64,000 nt of DNA from Clostridiales bacterium (GTDB lineage Bacteria; Bacillota; Clostridia; Christensenellales; UBA1242). The notes below the pieces were generated by a model. That model made no database searches. It was not told the DNA's origin and saw nothing but the letters and a program-made list of their open reading frames with translations. Positions 61,988 to 64,000 of the stretch are shown piece after piece. Position 1 is the stretch's first letter; each line of letters starts with the position of its first letter. Location: contig SVHX01000001.1 of NCBI GenBank assembly GCA_015055665.1, positions 135,365-199,364 of the forward strand, in the 5' to 3' direction. Both the position numbers and the translations under genes were made by a program.

Positions 61988-62322
61988 AGAATACACATAA
62001 GCCGAGTTCTGTTATAAATGATTATCTATCTAGCACTGTTGTCACCAACAATTTCAAGCGGTGTAAACAAGAAGCCTGCGAGTAACAGTTAAGCCTCTTA
62101 ACCTTGCATCGGATGGGGTTTACACAATCACATAGTCACCCATGTAATTAATAGTATCTTACACTATTATTCCACCTATCGCATTAGAATTAACCAATGC
62201 TGTTTCTTTTCTGTTGCACTTTCCTTAGGGTCGCCCCCAGTAGCCGTTAACTACCATCCTACTCTATGATGCTCGGACTTTCCTCACGCGACAATGTCGC
62301 CCGCAATCATTTGTATATCTAA
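61988..62322 (-). ncRNA. rnpB: RNase P RNA
   Basis: The minus strand contains GAGGAAAGTCCGAGC (P4 5' strand), AGGAAAGTGCAACAGAAA (CR-II) and ACAGAACTCGGCTTAT (P4 3' strand). P2 pairing is AAATGATT/AATCATTT. The ends are approximate, within about 10 nt. Confidence 0.88.
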
Positions 62323-62329
62323 CTAGTAT

Positions 62330-62358
62330 AGTATAACACAACTAAACATTTTAAGCAA
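62330..62358 (-). promoter_or_regulatory. sigma-A-type promoter of rnpB
   Basis: Minus strand TTGCTT (62353-62358), 17 nt, then TGTTATACT (TATACT at 62330-62335). Confidence 0.55.
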
Positions 62359-62385
62359 TACTTTTACCTAAATTAATAGACATAT

Positions 62386-63090
62386 TTAGTATCCATAGTC
62401 TTTTGGATTCAACTGCCCCCTAATTATCTCAATAGCTTTCTTTTCTAACCGAGATATATAACTCCTACTTATTCCTAGCTCAAGAGCCACTTCTCTTTGA
62501 GGCATCATTACACCACCTCGCAGGCCATAACGCATACACATAATCTTGTATTCTCTATCCGTTAAATTTTTCTTAAGAATTTTATCAAGCCGAGCAGACA
62601 CATCATCAGACTCAGCCATCATCTCCACACTATCATCTTGACTATACGAAAGATCTCCAATTGTTATCTCGTTACCTTCATCATCACTACCAAGTACATC
62701 TTCTATAGACACATTGTTTTTATGCTTCTTATTAGCTCTTATCAACATAAGAATTTCGTTCTCAATACATCTTGCAGCATATGTACTAAATTGCGTTCCT
62801 CTATCCAGAGTATATGTATTAATAGCTTTTATCAACCCCAAGCTACCTACAGAAATCAAATCATCAGCCTCTTCCGACTGACCAAACTTTTTTACAACAT
62901 GCACAACTAATCTAAGATTATGATGTATAAGTATTTCTTTAGCTTTTTCATCATGATGTAATATATACTCCTCAAGATACTTCTGCTCTTCTTCTCTAGT
63001 TAACGGCTTAGGAAAGGATGACGTACTATTGATATAAGAAGAAAACAACATAACCTTTTGCATAAACGCCATAAAAGACTCAAAAATCAT
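62386..63090 (-). CDS. sigK: sporulation-type sigma-70 family factor with a pro-sequence, closest to SigK (SigE not excluded)
   Basis: The hydrophobic pro-peptide followed by SSFPKPLTREEEQKYLEEY parallels B. subtilis pro-SigK NAFPQPLSSSEEKKYLE. Also HNLRLVVHVVKKF, ARCIENEILM and GISRSYISRLEKKA. ATG 63090 has a GAGAGGTG RBS. The gene is uninterrupted. Confidence 0.8.
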   Translation of the reverse strand: MIFESFMAFMQKVMLFSSYINSTSSFPKPLTREEEQKYLEEYILHHDEKAKEILIHHNLRLVVHVVKKFGQSEEADDLISVGSLGLIKAINTYTLDRGTQFSTYAARCIENEILMLIRANKKHKNNVSIEDVLGSDDEGNEITIGDLSYSQDDSVEMMAESDDVSARLDKILKKNLTDREYKIMCMRYGLRGGVMMPQREVALELGISRSYISRLEKKAIEIIRGQLNPKDYGY

Positions 63091-63454
63091 ACAATACACC
63101 TCTCAACGATATAATATATGTCGAAAGATGTCAACTTTTGCCTGTCCATACAAATTTTAATATTTGGTTATTTATGCAATATTTTGCATAGTTATAATTG
63201 ACCACTAATAAATATTCATTATCAACCATTTACCAACAAATATTTATATTAATTCATGGTTGCGTATATTTATAAAGCAACTATAAACATATATTTATAC
63301 ATAAAAATGTATTTTTATAATATTATAAAAACACTCAATTACACACAAGATTAAACACATCCGCCTCACAAAAACCAAGAATATAGCCACAATATCAGAA
63401 TATAATAAATCAAAAACCAACAATCTTTTATTATAACAGTATTATTTTTTTTGA

Positions 63455-63498
63455 ATAAAAAAAGATATTAAGGATAAATTACAAACCTCAATATCTTT
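63455..63498 (-). terminator. intrinsic terminator after the U32 peptidase gene
   Basis: AAAGATATTAAGG/CCTCAATATCTTT stem (one mismatch) followed by a T-run on the minus strand. Confidence 0.6.
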
Positions 63499-63504
63499 TA
63501 ATAT

Positions 63505-64000
63505 TTATTTGTCAATTTTTCTTCTAAGAATATCTCCCGCTTTCAACTTTAGGTCGGTTTTTAACTTTAATACCTGTTGAACCATACTCGCATCTGACAC
63601 ATTATTACCAGAATCATCCAGCATTTCTTCAACCACAATAACCTTATTAAATGTTTCATTAGGCGACAACACCTCGAGTTTATCTCCTACTTTAAACCTA
63701 TTTCGTTGCTCTATTACAGCCCAACCATCAACTGCATCCACCTTAACTACTGCCATAAATTCATGGGTCTGTATTGGCATACTATTCTCAATATACTCCT
63801 TATCTTTTGCACCAAAGTAGAACCCTGTTGTATACCTTCTATGACTTGTCTTCTCTAATTCTTCCAAATAGACTTTCTTAAACTTCCTACCAGCCACACA
63901 ATCATCAATAGCTCTACGATATGCATTTGTAACCGTTGCCACATAATAAGGACTCTTCATCCTACCTTCTATCTTAAAGGAGGTAACACCAGCGTTAATC
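63505..64000 (-). CDS. U32 family peptidase, C-terminal part (gene starts beyond the right edge)
   Basis: The frame stays open to the window edge. Translation reads ...INAGVTSFKIEGRMKSPYYVATVTNAYRRAID, containing the U32 signature FKIEGR.K....V. Confidence 0.85.
   Translation of the reverse strand, partial: INAGVTSFKIEGRMKSPYYVATVTNAYRRAIDDCVAGRKFKKVYLEELEKTSHRRYTTGFYFGAKDKEYIENSMPIQTHEFMAVVKVDAVDGWAVIEQRNRFKVGDKLEVLSPNETFNKVIVVEEMLDDSGNNVSDASMVQQVLKLKTDLKLKAGDILRRKIDK

Noticed and set aside
62386-63099. sigK interrupted by a skin-like element, or a pseudogene.
   Set aside because: The reading frame is continuous from the pro-sequence through region 4.2 (GISRSYISRLEKKA). No insertion is present.
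63100-63504. A 405-bp ORF-free AT-rich gap upstream of sigK, examined for an ncRNA or a sporulation promoter.
   Set aside because: I see TTGACA and a CATATATTA stretch near the sigK start, but the spacing fits neither sigma-A nor SigE/SigK consensus convincingly. No stable conserved-looking structure is apparent. The evidence is insufficient to call a feature.

Overview
AT-rich (roughly one-third G+C by eye) Bacillota-type chromosome segment that uses the standard genetic code. I count about 57 protein genes, with most genes on the minus strand. There are also 4 tRNAs, RNase P RNA, one T-box leader and one CIRCE operator.

Most of the window is housekeeping. Gene order mirrors four B. subtilis regions:
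- dprA-topA-trmFO-hslVU
- priA-def-fmt-rsmB-rlmN-rsgA-rpe / rpmB-yloU-yloV
- pcrA-ligA
- lepA-hemW-hrcA-grpE-dnaK-dnaJ-rsmE-mtaB-rpsU

Several genes expected from that synteny are cleanly absent: xerC/codV, prpC-prkC, coaBC, gmk next to rpoZ, and prmA. A divergent glycerol module (glpK plus a lipase, facing a glpA-like trio) is also present.

I could not recognise any known defence, toxin or mobile-element system. No integrase, transposase, cas gene or reverse transcriptase is visible.

The most unusual structure is non-coding. Two convergent tRNA genes, tRNA-Leu(UAA) on the plus strand and tRNA-Gly(GCC) on the minus strand, are each followed by two tandem ~170-bp GC-enriched units. Each unit starts with an intrinsic terminator, continues through a chain of short hairpins and, except for the distal tRNA-Gly unit, ends with a copy of that tRNA's own 3' end. 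The two arrays share architecture and a short conserved core. They bracket a 2.4-kb islet holding two paralogous orphan genes and an acyltransferase.

Other regions worth a look:
- An orphan two-gene cassette with a structured leader sits where prmA would be (42.8-44.4 kb).
- An accessory block at 52.4-60.3 kb contains orphan proteins, a 1104-aa predicted lipoprotein and a paralog remnant.
- rsgA can only be full length if it starts at a non-canonical codon, ATC.

All functional calls rest on my reading of the translated ORFs and motifs. No database search was run.
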